Assembly: GCF_011045215.1 (NCBI RefSeq)
Contig: NZ_CP049201.1
DNA length: 64,000 nt
Reading direction: 5' to 3' (one strand)
Source of the DNA: Escherichia coli
Lineage (GTDB): Bacteria; Pseudomonadota; Gammaproteobacteria; Enterobacterales; Enterobacteriaceae
The notes beneath the pieces are model-generated. The model was not told the DNA's origin, did not search any database, and was given only the letters and a program-made list of their open reading frames with translations. Below, piece by piece: positions 47,142-58,021 of this stretch. Made by a program: the position numbers and the translations under genes. The stretch's first letter is position 1. The number at the start of each line of letters is the position of its first letter.

Positions 47142-47172
47142 AAAAAAGGGACAGCCTGAGCTATCCCTTTTC
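47142..47172 (-). terminator. intrinsic terminator downstream of yeiP
   Basis: Minus strand: GGCAGAAAAGGGATAGCTCAGGCTGTCCCTTTTTTG. Confidence 0.7.
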
Positions 47173-47187
47173 TGCCTGCGGCTGAAG

Positions 47188-47760
47188 TTAGTCAGCACGC
47201 CCCATATAACGGCGTTCTTCGATATGGATACGAATTTTTTCGCCCGGGCTTAAGTATTCTGGTACCTGAATCACCAGACCAGTGCTCAATGTCGCCGGTT
47301 TGTTACGGGCGCTGGCAGATGCCCCTTTGATGCCTGGTGCGGTTTCAACGATTTCCAGATCAACGGTCTGCGGCAGCTCAAGCGCCAGCAGTTGACCGTC
47401 CCAGGTCAGCACCTGCATGTCCGGCATGCCGCCTTCTGGCATAAACAGCAACTCTTCTTCAATCTGATCTTTGGTGAAGGTATACGGGGTATAGTCTTCT
47501 TTATCCATAAAGACATATTCGTTACCATCGACATAGGAGAAGTCAACGTAACGGCGGGTCAGCGTCACGGTGTCAACGATATCATCACCTTTGAAACGCT
47601 CTTCTACTTTCAGCCCGGTACGGACATCAGAAAAACGCATTTTGTACAGCGTAGCGGCACCGCGGGCAGTGGGCGACTGAATATCAATGTCCTTAACCAG
47701 TAGCAGTTTGCCGTTGTAATTCAGTACCATACCTTTTTTAATTTCGTTCGCTCTTGGCAT
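47188..47760 (-). CDS. yeiP: elongation factor P-like protein YeiP
   Basis: 190 aa from the ATG at 47758-47760 ([22 protein letters not shown]…); the track ORF extends upstream in frame. Confidence 0.92.
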
Positions 47761-47914
47761 CGAAAAATTCCTGTAGTCGAAAATGTCAAAAATATCGCGA
47801 CAAAGTACTCGCGACGGGCCTTTCGGGCAAGTGGTATTCGCACTTTTGCTGGTGCAAAAAAGGTGGTACTGTGCGCGCACATCAATCCGGTGGTTAACCT
47901 TAAGAGAATAACGT

Positions 47915-48169
47915 ATGGAATGCCGTCCGGGTTGCGGGGCGTGTTGCACTGCCCCTTCAATTTCCAGCCCTATTCCCGGTATGCCAGATGGCAAGCCCGC
48001 CAATACGCCCTGCATTCAGCTTGATGAACAGCAACGCTGTAAAATTTTCACCTCGCCACTGCGGCCGAAAGTCTGTGCAGGCTTACAAGCCAGCGCTGAA
48101 ATGTGCGGTAACTCGCGTCAGCAGGCAATGACCTGGCTTATCGATCTGGAAATGCTGACCGCGCCTTAA
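47915..48169 (+). CDS. yeiW: UPF0153 cysteine-cluster protein YeiW
   Basis: 84-aa Cys-rich [48 protein letters not shown]…. Confidence 0.8.
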
Positions 48170-49347
48170 ACATCTTTAATCCGCAGTAAGCAAAACAGAG
48201 TGGCGATAATCATCACCATCGCAAACCAGAACACAGCGTGATAATTCCAGATCTCGGCGACGATGCCCGCCACTGATCCTGCGATGATCCAGCCCACGCG
48301 CGACGTGTTGGTATAGAGCGTGGTGGCTGAACCTGCCTGACCGGGCATCAAATCCTGAAAATAGAGCATCCCGATGCCGCCCAGAATGCCAATAAAAATA
48401 GCATTTAGCAGCTGCAAGCCCAACAGAATGGCAGGTGAATGCGCCATCAGCATTCCTGCGTAAAAACAGACGCCACCCACGGCGGCAACGCGCATTAAGA
48501 AGCGCTTACCCAGACGTTTGGCAAAATATCCGGCAATCAACATGGTCGGGATTTCCAGCCCGGCGGCGGTCCCCATCATCACACCGGCCAGTTTCTCGGG
48601 AAGATGCAGTTCGTTGATAATAAATAGCGGCATGTTGATGATGTACAGGCTGTTCGAGCCCCACATCAATGTACAAATGACAAACAGCAGCAGCGTATCG
48701 CGACGGTTACGGCGCGGCGCTTCAACCGTGCCGGTCGCCAGCGGAAGCTCTTTTTGCATCGACGGTAAAAACAGCCACACCATCACGCCGCAAACAATAA
48801 ATGCTACCGCTGCGCTCAGATACATTACCGTAAAGCTGAAACCCATCGCTAAGGCATAAGCCAGCGGTGGGCCAATGACCCATGCCAGTGAAACCTGAGC
48901 GCGTAAAAAAGAGCTGAACATCACCGCCTCACGTCCGGTTTTGTCGGCATGTTCACGGGCAAGGGCAAACATTTGCGGGTTAGCGGTCGAGCCAAAGCTG
49001 CTAAGAAAGACGCCAACGAATAGCAAAACAAAGTAGTTGCGATTCCAGGCAAAAAGGGTGCAGGCCAGCACGCTTAACAGGCAGCAAAAGACAATCAGCG
49101 ATTTGCGATCGCCGCGCTTATCAGAGCGCCCGGCGAGAAACTGACTCACCAGAATCCCAATGACAGCGCTGCCGGTAAAGAAGAATCCCACCATCGCCGG
49201 ACGGGCATGTACTTCATCGGTAAGAAAAATACTGAGTGTCGGGGTTTGCAGAGCGCCCGCAATACCGGTGAGAAAGGCAACGATTAAAAACGCCGTCGAG
49301 GTCAGGTCAAACGATTTCGCGCTGGAGACTGCGGGGGAGTTATGCAT
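48166..49347 (-). CDS. setB: sugar efflux MFS transporter SetB
   Basis: 393-aa 12-[33 protein letters not shown]…. Confidence 0.92.
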
Positions 49348-49612
49348 GCTGGTCGATCACTGGAAGAGGAAGACGCGGAGTTTACGCTGCTTGTCAGAAA
49401 ATAAACAGACAGCGAAATCAAAAGCGCCACGAATAATCAAAATGCCATTTCACTGTTGCTGATTGGCTGCTGACGCTGCTGAAATGAAATTGCTGATAAC
49501 GGATTTTCCCATCAGCAATTCGGAAAAATGACAAAAAATTGTGCAGCACATCAAACTTTTGCTCATAACTTTACGGCTTTCCTTGCGTGCTGAAACAGAA
49601 GTATTATGCTTT

Positions 49613-49629
49613 CTTGAAACGTTTCAGCG
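49613..49629 (+). promoter_or_regulatory. Cra (FruR) operator, distal, fruBKA promoter
   Basis: CTTGAAACGTTTCAGCG, palindromic TGAAAC-GTTTCA. Confidence 0.75.
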
Positions 49630-49679
49630 CGATCTTGTCTTTAACCCTAAGCCAGGTTGGCGCTTTTTTTCTCATAGAA

Positions 49680-49699
49680 GCTGAATCGTTTCAATTCAG
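49680..49699 (+). promoter_or_regulatory. Cra (FruR) operator, proximal, fruBKA promoter
   Basis: GCTGAATCGTTTCAATTCAG, ~20 bp upstream of the fruB ATG. Confidence 0.75.
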
Positions 49700-49714
49700 C
49701 AAGAGAGGAGAACT

Positions 49715-50845
49715 ATGTTCCAGTTATCCGTACAGGACATCCATCCGGGCGAAAAGGCCGGAGACAAAGAAGAGGCGATTCGCCAGGTCGCTGCGGCGCT
49801 GGTGCAGGCCGGTAATGTAGCAGAAGGCTACGTCAATGGCATGCTGGCGCGCGAACAGCAAACCTCAACGTTCCTCGGCAATGGTATTGCTATTCCACAC
49901 GGCACTACCGACACCCGCGATCAGGTGCTGAAAACCGGCGTTCAGGTATTTCAGTTCCCGGAAGGCGTCACTTGGGGTGACGGTCAGGTAGCGTACGTAG
50001 CGATCGGTATTGCTGCCAGCTCGGATGAGCATCTGGGCCTGCTACGCCAGCTGACCCACGTACTGAGCGATGATTCCGTTGCTGAACAACTGAAGTCAGC
50101 AACAACAGCAGAAGAACTTCGCGCATTGCTGATGGGCGAAAAGCAGAGTGAGCAGCTGAAGCTCGACAACGAAATGCTGACGCTGGATATCGTCGCCAGC
50201 GATCTGCTGACTCTTCAGGCGCTGAACGCTGCGCGTCTGAAAGAAGCGGGGGCAGTTGACGCCACTTTCGTCACCAAAGCCATCAATGAACAACCGCTGA
50301 ACCTCGGACAGGGCATCTGGCTGAGCGATAGCGCCGAAGGCAATTTGCGTAGCGCGATTGCTGTAAGCCGTGCGGCAAATGCTTTTGATGTGGACGGCGA
50401 AACGGCAGCCATGCTGGTGAGTGTGGCGATGAATGACGATCAGCCCATTGCGGTTCTTAAGCGTCTCGCTGATTTGCTGCTCGACAATAAAGCTGACCGC
50501 TTGCTGAAAGCGGATGCGGCAACGTTGTTGGCGCTGCTGACCAGCGATGATGCGCCGACCGACGACGTGTTAAGCGCGGAGTTTGTGGTGCGCAATGAAC
50601 ACGGCCTGCATGCTCGTCCAGGTACCATGCTGGTCAACACCATTAAACAATTTAACAGTGATATTACCGTGACAAACCTTGATGGCACCGGCAAACCGGC
50701 AAACGGACGTAGTCTGATGAAAGTTGTGGCACTTGGCGTTAAGAAAGGTCATCGCCTACGCTTTACCGCCCAGGGTGCAGATGCTGAACAGGCGCTGAAA
50801 GCAATCGGCGACGCTATCGCTGCTGGTCTTGGGGAGGGCGCATAA
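49715..50845 (+). CDS. fruB: fructose PTS multiphosphoryl transfer protein FruB (EIIA-M-HPr-like FPr)
   Basis: 376-aa [27 protein letters not shown]… with C-terminal HPr-like domain (…[11 protein letters not shown]…). Confidence 0.95.
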
Positions 50846-51783
50846 TGAGCAGACGTGTTGCTACTATCACCCTTAATCCGGCTTATGACCTTGTTGGTTT
50901 CTGCCCGGAAATTGAACGCGGCGAAGTGAACCTGGTGAAAACCACCGGTCTGCATGCGGCGGGTAAAGGCATCAACGTGGCCAAAGTATTAAAAGACCTG
51001 GGAATTGATGTCACCGTTGGCGGCTTCCTCGGTAAAGACAATCAGGATGGTTTTCAGCAACTGTTCAGCGAGCTGGGCATTGCCAACCGTTTCCAGGTTG
51101 TACAGGGGCGCACCCGAATTAACGTTAAGCTGACGGAAAAAGACGGCGAAGTGACCGACTTCAACTTCTCGGGTTTTGAAGTCACTCCCGCCGACTGGGA
51201 ACGCTTTGTGACTGATTCTCTGAGCTGGCTCGGTCAGTTCGATATGGTCTGTGTCAGCGGAAGCTTACCGTCAGGCGTCAGCCCGGAAGCGTTCACCGAC
51301 TGGATGACTCGCCTGCGTAGTCAGTGCCCTTGCATTATCTTTGATAGTAGCCGTGAAGCGTTAGTAGCAGGTTTGAAAGCGGCACCGTGGCTGGTGAAAC
51401 CTAACCGCCGCGAGCTGGAAATCTGGGCAGGCCGTAAACTGCCTGAAATGAAAGATGTGATTGAAGCTGCGCATGCGCTGCGTGAACAAGGTATTGCGCA
51501 TGTCGTTATTTCACTGGGTGCCGAAGGCGCGCTTTGGGTTAATGCCTCCGGCGAATGGATCGCCAAACCACCGTCAGTCGATGTCGTAAGCACCGTTGGC
51601 GCAGGGGATTCTATGGTTGGTGGCCTGATTTATGGCTTGCTAATGCGTGAATCCAGTGAACACACACTGCGTCTGGCGACTGCTGTTGCAGCCCTGGCGG
51701 TAAGTCAAAGCAATGTGGGTATTACCGATCGTCCGCAGTTGGCCGCAATGATGGCGCGCGTCGACTTACAACCTTTTAACTGA
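50845..51783 (+). CDS. fruK: 1-phosphofructokinase
   Basis: 312-aa PfkB-family ORF with GAGDS motif; start overlaps the fruB stop. Confidence 0.95.
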   Translation: MSRRVATITLNPAYDLVGFCPEIERGEVNLVKTTGLHAAGKGINVAKVLKDLGIDVTVGGFLGKDNQDGFQQLFSELGIANRFQVVQGRTRINVKLTEKDGEVTDFNFSGFEVTPADWERFVTDSLSWLGQFDMVCVSGSLPSGVSPEAFTDWMTRLRSQCPCIIFDSSREALVAGLKAAPWLVKPNRRELEIWAGRKLPEMKDVIEAAHALREQGIAHVVISLGAEGALWVNASGEWIAKPPSVDVVSTVGAGDSMVGGLIYGLLMRESSEHTLRLATAVAALAVSQSNVGITDRPQLAAMMARVDLQPFN

Positions 51784-51799
51784 CAGCAGGAGAGGCATA

Positions 51800-53491
51800 A
51801 TGAAAACGCTGCTGATTATTGACGCTAATCTCGGTCAGGCACGCGCCTATATGGCGAAGACCCTGCTGGGCGCGGCGGCGCGAAAAGCAAAACTGGAAAT
51901 CATCGACAATCCGAATGACGCAGAAATGGCGATTGTTCTCGGTGATTCCATCCCGAATGACCGCGCGCTGAACGGTAAAAATGTCTGGCTGGGCGATATT
52001 TCCCGGGCAGTTGCGCACCCTGAGCTGTTCCTGAGTGAAGCCAAAGGCCATGCGAAACCTTACACTGCGCCGGTCGCTGCGACAGCACCGGTTGCCGCCA
52101 GCGGTCCGAAACGCGTAGTTGCGGTGACTGCTTGCCCGACTGGCGTAGCACACACCTTTATGGCGGCTGAAGCCATTGAAACCGAAGCGAAAAAACGTGG
52201 CTGGTGGGTGAAAGTTGAAACCCGTGGTTCTGTTGGTGCGGGTAATGCAATCACTCCCGAAGAAGTAGCCGCAGCGGATCTGGTGATTGTGGCGGCAGAT
52301 ATCGAAGTGGATCTGGCGAAATTTGCTGGTAAACCGATGTATCGTACCTCTACCGGTCTGGCGCTGAAGAAAACCGCGCAGGAACTGGATAAAGCGGTTG
52401 CTGAAGCAACGCCGTATGAACCGGCGGGCAAAGCTCAAACGGCGACCTCTGAAGGTAAGAAAGAGAGTGCAGGCGCATACCGTCACTTGCTGACGGGCGT
52501 CTCTTACATGCTGCCGATGGTCGTTGCAGGTGGTCTGTGTATCGCGCTTTCTTTTGCTTTTGGTATCGAAGCGTTTAAAGAGCCGGGTACGTTGGCAGCG
52601 GCGCTGATGCAGATTGGTGGTGGTTCAGCCTTTGCGCTGATGGTGCCGGTACTGGCAGGTTACATTGCCTTCTCCATTGCCGATCGTCCGGGTCTCACGC
52701 CGGGTCTGATTGGCGGTATGCTGGCGGTCAGCACCGGTTCTGGCTTCATTGGTGGTATTATTGCGGGCTTCCTGGCTGGTTACATTGCGAAGTTAATCAG
52801 TACGCAACTGAAACTGCCACAGAGTATGGAGGCGCTGAAACCGATCCTGATCATTCCGCTAATTTCCAGTCTGGTGGTCGGTCTGGCGATGATCTACCTG
52901 ATCGGTAAACCGGTTGCTGGCATTCTCGAAGGGTTGACTCACTGGCTGCAGACCATGGGGACTGCGAATGCGGTTCTGCTGGGGGCGATCCTCGGTGGCA
53001 TGATGTGTACTGACATGGGCGGTCCGGTAAATAAAGCAGCGTACGCATTCGGTGTGGGTCTGCTGAGTACTCAAACCTATGGCCCGATGGCGGCGATTAT
53101 GGCGGCAGGTATGGTGCCACCGCTGGCAATGGGTCTGGCAACAATGGTGGCGCGTCGCAAATTTGACAAAGCGCAGCAGGAAGGTGGCAAAGCCGCTCTG
53201 GTTCTTGGTCTGTGCTTTATTTCGGAAGGTGCAATTCCGTTTGCTGCTCGTGATCCGATGCGTGTGCTGCCGTGCTGTATCGTGGGTGGGGCGCTGACTG
53301 GCGCAATCTCAATGGCGATTGGTGCGAAACTGATGGCACCGCACGGTGGTCTGTTTGTTCTGCTGATCCCTGGCGCTATTACGCCGGTACTGGGTTACCT
53401 GGTAGCAATTATTGCCGGTACGCTGGTGGCGGGTTTGGCCTATGCCTTCCTGAAACGTCCGGAAGTGGACGCAGTAGCGAAAGCCGCGTAA
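51800..53491 (+). CDS. fruA: fructose PTS EIIB'BC component FruA
   Basis: 563-aa ORF with duplicated IIB domains (…VTACPTGVAHTFMAAE…) and IIC membrane domain. Confidence 0.95.
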   Translation: MKTLLIIDANLGQARAYMAKTLLGAAARKAKLEIIDNPNDAEMAIVLGDSIPNDRALNGKNVWLGDISRAVAHPELFLSEAKGHAKPYTAPVAATAPVAASGPKRVVAVTACPTGVAHTFMAAEAIETEAKKRGWWVKVETRGSVGAGNAITPEEVAAADLVIVAADIEVDLAKFAGKPMYRTSTGLALKKTAQELDKAVAEATPYEPAGKAQTATSEGKKESAGAYRHLLTGVSYMLPMVVAGGLCIALSFAFGIEAFKEPGTLAAALMQIGGGSAFALMVPVLAGYIAFSIADRPGLTPGLIGGMLAVSTGSGFIGGIIAGFLAGYIAKLISTQLKLPQSMEALKPILIIPLISSLVVGLAMIYLIGKPVAGILEGLTHWLQTMGTANAVLLGAILGGMMCTDMGGPVNKAAYAFGVGLLSTQTYGPMAAIMAAGMVPPLAMGLATMVARRKFDKAQQEGGKAALVLGLCFISEGAIPFAARDPMRVLPCCIVGGALTGAISMAIGAKLMAPHGGLFVLLIPGAITPVLGYLVAIIAGTLVAGLAYAFLKRPEVDAVAKAA

Positions 53492-53504
53492 TAAAAGGTG
53501 TGTT

Positions 53505-53529
53505 ACAGGGCAGAAATTTACTGCCCTGT
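53505..53529 (+). terminator. hairpin immediately downstream of fruA (weak terminator)
   Basis: ACAGGGCAG-aaattta-CTGCCCTGT; poor U-tract. Confidence 0.45.
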
Positions 53530-53647
53530 ATCATTGGATGAGCGCAAAGAGAATGACCGGTTTGTGAATGTAATTTTATGAATTTAAATGGTTTTATCTT
53601 TCAGTAGAAACCTGAAACGTTCATCAAACACTAAGGTTATTTCCTCA

Positions 53648-53674
53648 AGGGCAGATTCTTTTCTGCCCTTTTTT
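53648..53674 (+). terminator. intrinsic terminator downstream of fruA
   Basis: AGGGCAGA-ttctttt-CTGCCCT-TTTTT. Confidence 0.75.
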
Positions 53675-53914
53675 AGTGTTCATGTTCTGTGCATCCCGTC
53701 ACAAATTCCTCGCTTTTGTAATTCAGGCATTTAATCGCATTTTGTGAGCCTGCTCAAATCTGCCCGCTTTGCCTCTCTGGCGGCAATTTACTTTACGTAA
53801 AACATGCATACTATGAGCACATGTTTAAATATGAACACATGTTTAAACCGTCTTTGCAGTATCTATATCCTTGTGGATTGACAGGGTTGGTAATTTTTTA
53901 CCAGAGGACGTGCT

Positions 53915-54856
53915 ATGCGCGAAAAGGATTATGTCGTAATTATAGGTTCGGCGAATATTGATGTCGCCGGATATTCACATGAATCATTAAATTATGCGGA
54001 TTCAAATCCAGGTAAAATAAAATTTACGCCTGGTGGAGTAGGGCGAAATATTGCACAAAATCTGGCGTTGCTGGGTAACAAAGCCTGGCTACTGAGCGCA
54101 GTAGGCAGTGATTTTTATGGCCAATCGCTGCTAACGCAAACCAATCAATCTGGCGTTTATGTCGATAAATGCCTGATTATGCCGGGAGAAAATACGTCGA
54201 GCTATTTATCATTACTCGATAATACCGGTGAAATGCTGGTTGCTATAAATGACATGAATATTAGCAACGCTATTACAGCTGAATATCTCGCACAGCACCG
54301 TGAATTTATTCAGAGGGCAAAGGTCATTGTCGCGGACTGTAATATCAGTGAAGAGGCACTGGCATGGATTCTGGATAATGCCGCCAACGTACCCGTATTT
54401 GTCGATCCGGTTTCAGCGTGGAAATGTGTCAAAGTGCGCGACCGTCTAAATCAGATCCACACTCTGAAGCCAAACCGCCTTGAAGCGGAAACCCTGAGTG
54501 GGATAGCGCTGTCAGGGCGTGAAGATGTGGCAAAGGTTGCCGCCTGGTTCCATCAACATGGCCTGAACCGACTGGTATTGAGCATGGGCGGCGACGGCGT
54601 TTATTACAGTGATATCAGCGGTGAAAGTGGTTGGTCTGCGCCGATCAAAACCAATGTTATTAATGTTACCGGAGCGGGCGATGCCATGATGGCGGGACTT
54701 GCTTCGTGTTGGGTAGACGGAATGCCGTTTGCCGAATCTGTTCGTTTCGCACAGGGATGTTCGTCAATGGCGCTCTCCTGTGAATACACCAATAACCCCG
54801 ATTTATCGATTGCCAACGTTATATCGTTAGTGGAGAACGCAGAATGTCTGAATTAA
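53915..54856 (+). CDS. psuK: pseudouridine kinase PsuK (YeiC)
   Basis: 313-aa PfkB-family ORF (…TPGGVGRNIAQNLALLG…GAGDAMMAG…). Confidence 0.9.
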   Translation: MREKDYVVIIGSANIDVAGYSHESLNYADSNPGKIKFTPGGVGRNIAQNLALLGNKAWLLSAVGSDFYGQSLLTQTNQSGVYVDKCLIMPGENTSSYLSLLDNTGEMLVAINDMNISNAITAEYLAQHREFIQRAKVIVADCNISEEALAWILDNAANVPVFVDPVSAWKCVKVRDRLNQIHTLKPNRLEAETLSGIALSGREDVAKVAAWFHQHGLNRLVLSMGGDGVYYSDISGESGWSAPIKTNVINVTGAGDAMMAGLASCWVDGMPFAESVRFAQGCSSMALSCEYTNNPDLSIANVISLVENAECLN

Positions 54857-55782
54857 AAATTTCCCCTGAATTATTACAAATTTCCCCGGAAGTGCAGGAC
54901 GCTTTAAAAAACAAAAAACCGGTTGTGGCGCTGGAATCGACCATTATTTCTCACGGGATGCCGTTCCCACAAAATGCCCAGACCGCAATTGAAGTTGAAG
55001 AAACTATTCGTAAACAGGGCGCTGTACCTGCCACTATCGCCATTATTGGCGGCGTGATGAAAGTTGGTTTAAGCAAAGAAGAAATTGAATTACTGGGTCG
55101 TGAAGGGCATAACGTGACCAAAGTTAGTCGTCGCGATTTACCTTTTGTTGTTGCCGCCGGAAAAAATGGCGCAACCACTGTGGCTTCAACGATGATTATT
55201 GCGGCGCTTGCCGGAATTAAAGTATTTGCCACCGGGGGAATTGGTGGTGTGCATCGCGGGGCGGAACATACCTTCGATATTTCTGCCGATTTGCAAGAAC
55301 TGGCAAATACTAATGTCACCGTTGTTTGTGCCGGGGCGAAATCTATTCTCGATTTAGGATTAACCACTGAGTATTTAGAAACCTTCGGTGTGCCGTTAAT
55401 TGGCTATCAGACTAAAGCGCTGCCTGCGTTTTTCTGCCGTACCAGCCCGTTTGACGTCAGCATTCGTCTCGACAGCGCCAGTGAAATTGCCCGTGCAATG
55501 GCGGTGAAATGGCAAAGCGGGCTGAACGGTGGCCTCGTGGTAGCGAACCCGATCCCGGAACAGTTTGCGATGCCAGAACACACTATCAATGCGGCGATCG
55601 ATCAGGCGGTAGCTGAAGCTGAAGCGCAGGGTGTTATTGGTAAAGAAAGTACGCCATTCCTGCTGGCGCGCGTTGCTGAACTGACCGGCGGTGACAGCCT
55701 GAAATCCAACATTCAACTGGTGTTCAACAACGCCATTCTGGCGAGTGAAATTGCCAAAGAATACCAGCGTCTCGCGGGTTAA
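54844..55782 (+). CDS. psuG: pseudouridine-5'-phosphate glycosidase PsuG (YeiN)
   Basis: 312-aa ORF overlapping the psuK 3' end; indigoidine-synthase-A-like family. Confidence 0.9.
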   Translation: MSELKISPELLQISPEVQDALKNKKPVVALESTIISHGMPFPQNAQTAIEVEETIRKQGAVPATIAIIGGVMKVGLSKEEIELLGREGHNVTKVSRRDLPFVVAAGKNGATTVASTMIIAALAGIKVFATGGIGGVHRGAEHTFDISADLQELANTNVTVVCAGAKSILDLGLTTEYLETFGVPLIGYQTKALPAFFCRTSPFDVSIRLDSASEIARAMAVKWQSGLNGGLVVANPIPEQFAMPEHTINAAIDQAVAEAEAQGVIGKESTPFLLARVAELTGGDSLKSNIQLVFNNAILASEIAKEYQRLAG

Positions 55783-55875
55783 TTTCTGACGGGCAGAAAG
55801 CCGTCGCCCGTACTCATCAAACATACCAAAACCTGGCGCTGACGCCGGGTTTACTGGCATGAAGGGAAAATCATT

Positions 55876-57126
55876 ATGGACATAATGAGAAGTGTTGTGG
55901 GGATGGTGGTGTTACTGGCAATAGCATTTCTGTTGTCGGTAAATAAAAAGAGCATCAGTTTGCGCACGGTTGGAGCCGCACTGCTGCTGCAAATCGCTAT
56001 TGGTGGCATCATGCTCTATTTTCCGCCGGGAAAATGGGCTGTAGAACAGGCGGCATTAGGCGTTCATAAAGTGATGTCTTACAGTGATGCCGGTAGCGCC
56101 TTCATTTTTGGTTCGCTGGTCGGGCCGAAAATGGATGTCCTCTTTGACGGTGCGGGTTTTATCTTCGCCTTTCGCGTACTCCCGGCGATTATCTTCGCCA
56201 CTGCGCTCATTAGTCTGCTGTACTACATTGGCGTGATGGGGCTGCTGATTCGCATCCTTGGCAGCATTTTCCAGAAAGCCCTCAACATCAGCAAAATCGA
56301 ATCTTTTGTTGCGGTTACCACTATTTTCCTCGGGCAAAATGAGATCCCGGCGATCGTTAAACCGTTTATCGATCGCATGAATCGCAACGAGTTGTTTACC
56401 GCAATTTGTAGCGGGATGGCGTCCATTGCGGGTTCGATGATGATTGGTTATGCCGGAATGGGCGTACCAATTGACTACCTGTTGGCGGCATCGCTGATGG
56501 CGATCCCCGGCGGTATTTTGTTTGCACGTATTCTTAGTCCGGCAACCGAGCCTTCGCAGGTCACATTTGAAAATCTGTCGTTCAGTGAAACGCCGCCAAA
56601 AAGCTTTATCGAAGCGGCGGCGAGCGGTGCGATGACCGGGTTGAAAATCGCCGCCGGTGTGGCGACGGTGGTAATGGCGTTTGTCGCAATTATTGCGCTG
56701 ATTAATGGCATTATCGGCGGAATTGGCGGCTGGTTTGGTTTTACCAATGCTTCTCTGGAAAGTATTTTTGGCTATGTGCTGGCACCGCTGGCGTGGATCA
56801 TGGGTGTGGACTGGAGTGATGCCAACCTTGCGGGTAGCCTGATTGGGCAGAAACTGGCGATTAACGAATTCGTCGCTTACCTGAGTTTCTCCCCATACCT
56901 GCAAACGGGCGGTACGCTGGAAGTGAAAACCATTGCGATTATCTCCTTTGCGCTTTGTGGTTTTGCTAACTTTGGTTCTATCGGTGTTGTCGTTGGGGCA
57001 TTTTCGGCTATTTCGCCAAAACGTGCACCGGAAATCGCTCAGCTTGGTTTACGGGCGCTGGCAGCAGCAACGCTTTCCAACCTGATGAGCGCGACCATTG
57101 CCGGGTTCTTTATTGGTTTAGCTTGA
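55876..57126 (+). CDS. psuT: NupC-family nucleoside transporter PsuT (YeiM)
   Basis: 416-aa polytopic ORF; paralogue of nupX at 59063. Confidence 0.9.
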   Translation: MDIMRSVVGMVVLLAIAFLLSVNKKSISLRTVGAALLLQIAIGGIMLYFPPGKWAVEQAALGVHKVMSYSDAGSAFIFGSLVGPKMDVLFDGAGFIFAFRVLPAIIFATALISLLYYIGVMGLLIRILGSIFQKALNISKIESFVAVTTIFLGQNEIPAIVKPFIDRMNRNELFTAICSGMASIAGSMMIGYAGMGVPIDYLLAASLMAIPGGILFARILSPATEPSQVTFENLSFSETPPKSFIEAAASGAMTGLKIAAGVATVVMAFVAIIALINGIIGGIGGWFGFTNASLESIFGYVLAPLAWIMGVDWSDANLAGSLIGQKLAINEFVAYLSFSPYLQTGGTLEVKTIAIISFALCGFANFGSIGVVVGAFSAISPKRAPEIAQLGLRALAAATLSNLMSATIAGFFIGLA

Positions 57127-57193
57127 GTTTCATTGCCGGATGTACTCGCTTATTAAGCGTTGCATCCGGCAATCGCGCTATTGCAAATAATTT

Positions 57194-57853
57194 TTACTGC
57201 ATCATCCCGGAGAATTTATTCTCCGGGTCCATCTCCAGCGCCAGCCCTGACAACTGCTTTCTGTTTTTAATTAGATATCCTTTCTTGCTTTTAATTAATA
57301 AACCGTCGTGAATGAATTGCGCAAGAACATATAAAAGATGTCGATAAGAAACGCCTAAATACTCTGCCGCTTGCGTATGCTTTTCGTGATAAAGATCACC
57401 TTCTTGTGAGAGTAATATAAATGCTGCCAGGCGATTCACTAACGGAAATGATTGATTCTGAGTTAAAGAAACAATATTACGATAATTTTTATGACTTAAG
57501 GTGACGCAAAGTTTTCGTAAAAATAGGGTATCGTTTAATAACAGCGGACGGTAATGTTTCATAGGGAGCGCAAGGCACCAACACTCTTCAATCGCCTGTA
57601 CTGCACGTGGTTCATGGTCTTTATCGATTAACTCAATCTCGCCAATAAAACAGGGGGCGGCAAAGAAATCGATCAGCGACACGCGACCATTAGCTAGCGT
57701 GGCGTAAAGCCTGGCGCGGCCTCGCGTCAGGTAAAACAGCCAGGACGGCTGTTGCCCTTCCTGCACAATGTAGTCACGCGCTAAAAAATGAAACAGCCGC
57801 GTATCGGCTGAAACATCCGTTAAAAAGCAATCCTTAAACGCGGATTCACTCAT
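57194..57853 (-). CDS. yeiL: CRP/FNR-family transcriptional regulator YeiL
   Basis: 219 aa from the ATG at 57851-57853 ([24 protein letters not shown]…); cNMP-binding-like domain and C-terminal HTH. Confidence 0.88.
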
Positions 57854-58021
57854 CAATTGCAGCTTAAGATCATTATTGTGGATTTCTTTCACGATGTTTA
57901 TCCGCTATGAGATTTCTCATATTTAGCATACGTACGCTGTTGTTAAGATTCAATCATCGGCCCGGTCGAATTTTCTTTGCTGTAGAAAAAATAACGCAAC
58001 TGGAAACAGAGGAAATAAACA

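Noticed and set aside
47761-48015. N-terminal extension of the yeiP ORF (275 aa in the track versus 190 aa)
   Set aside because: The extension overlaps yeiW on the opposite strand and the yeiP promoter region; the conserved EF-P-like protein begins at MPRANEIKK (47760).
56056-56904. 282-aa minus-strand ORF inside psuT
   Set aside because: Antisense to a conserved transporter gene; Arg-rich translation typical of the reverse strand of a GC-rich membrane protein gene.
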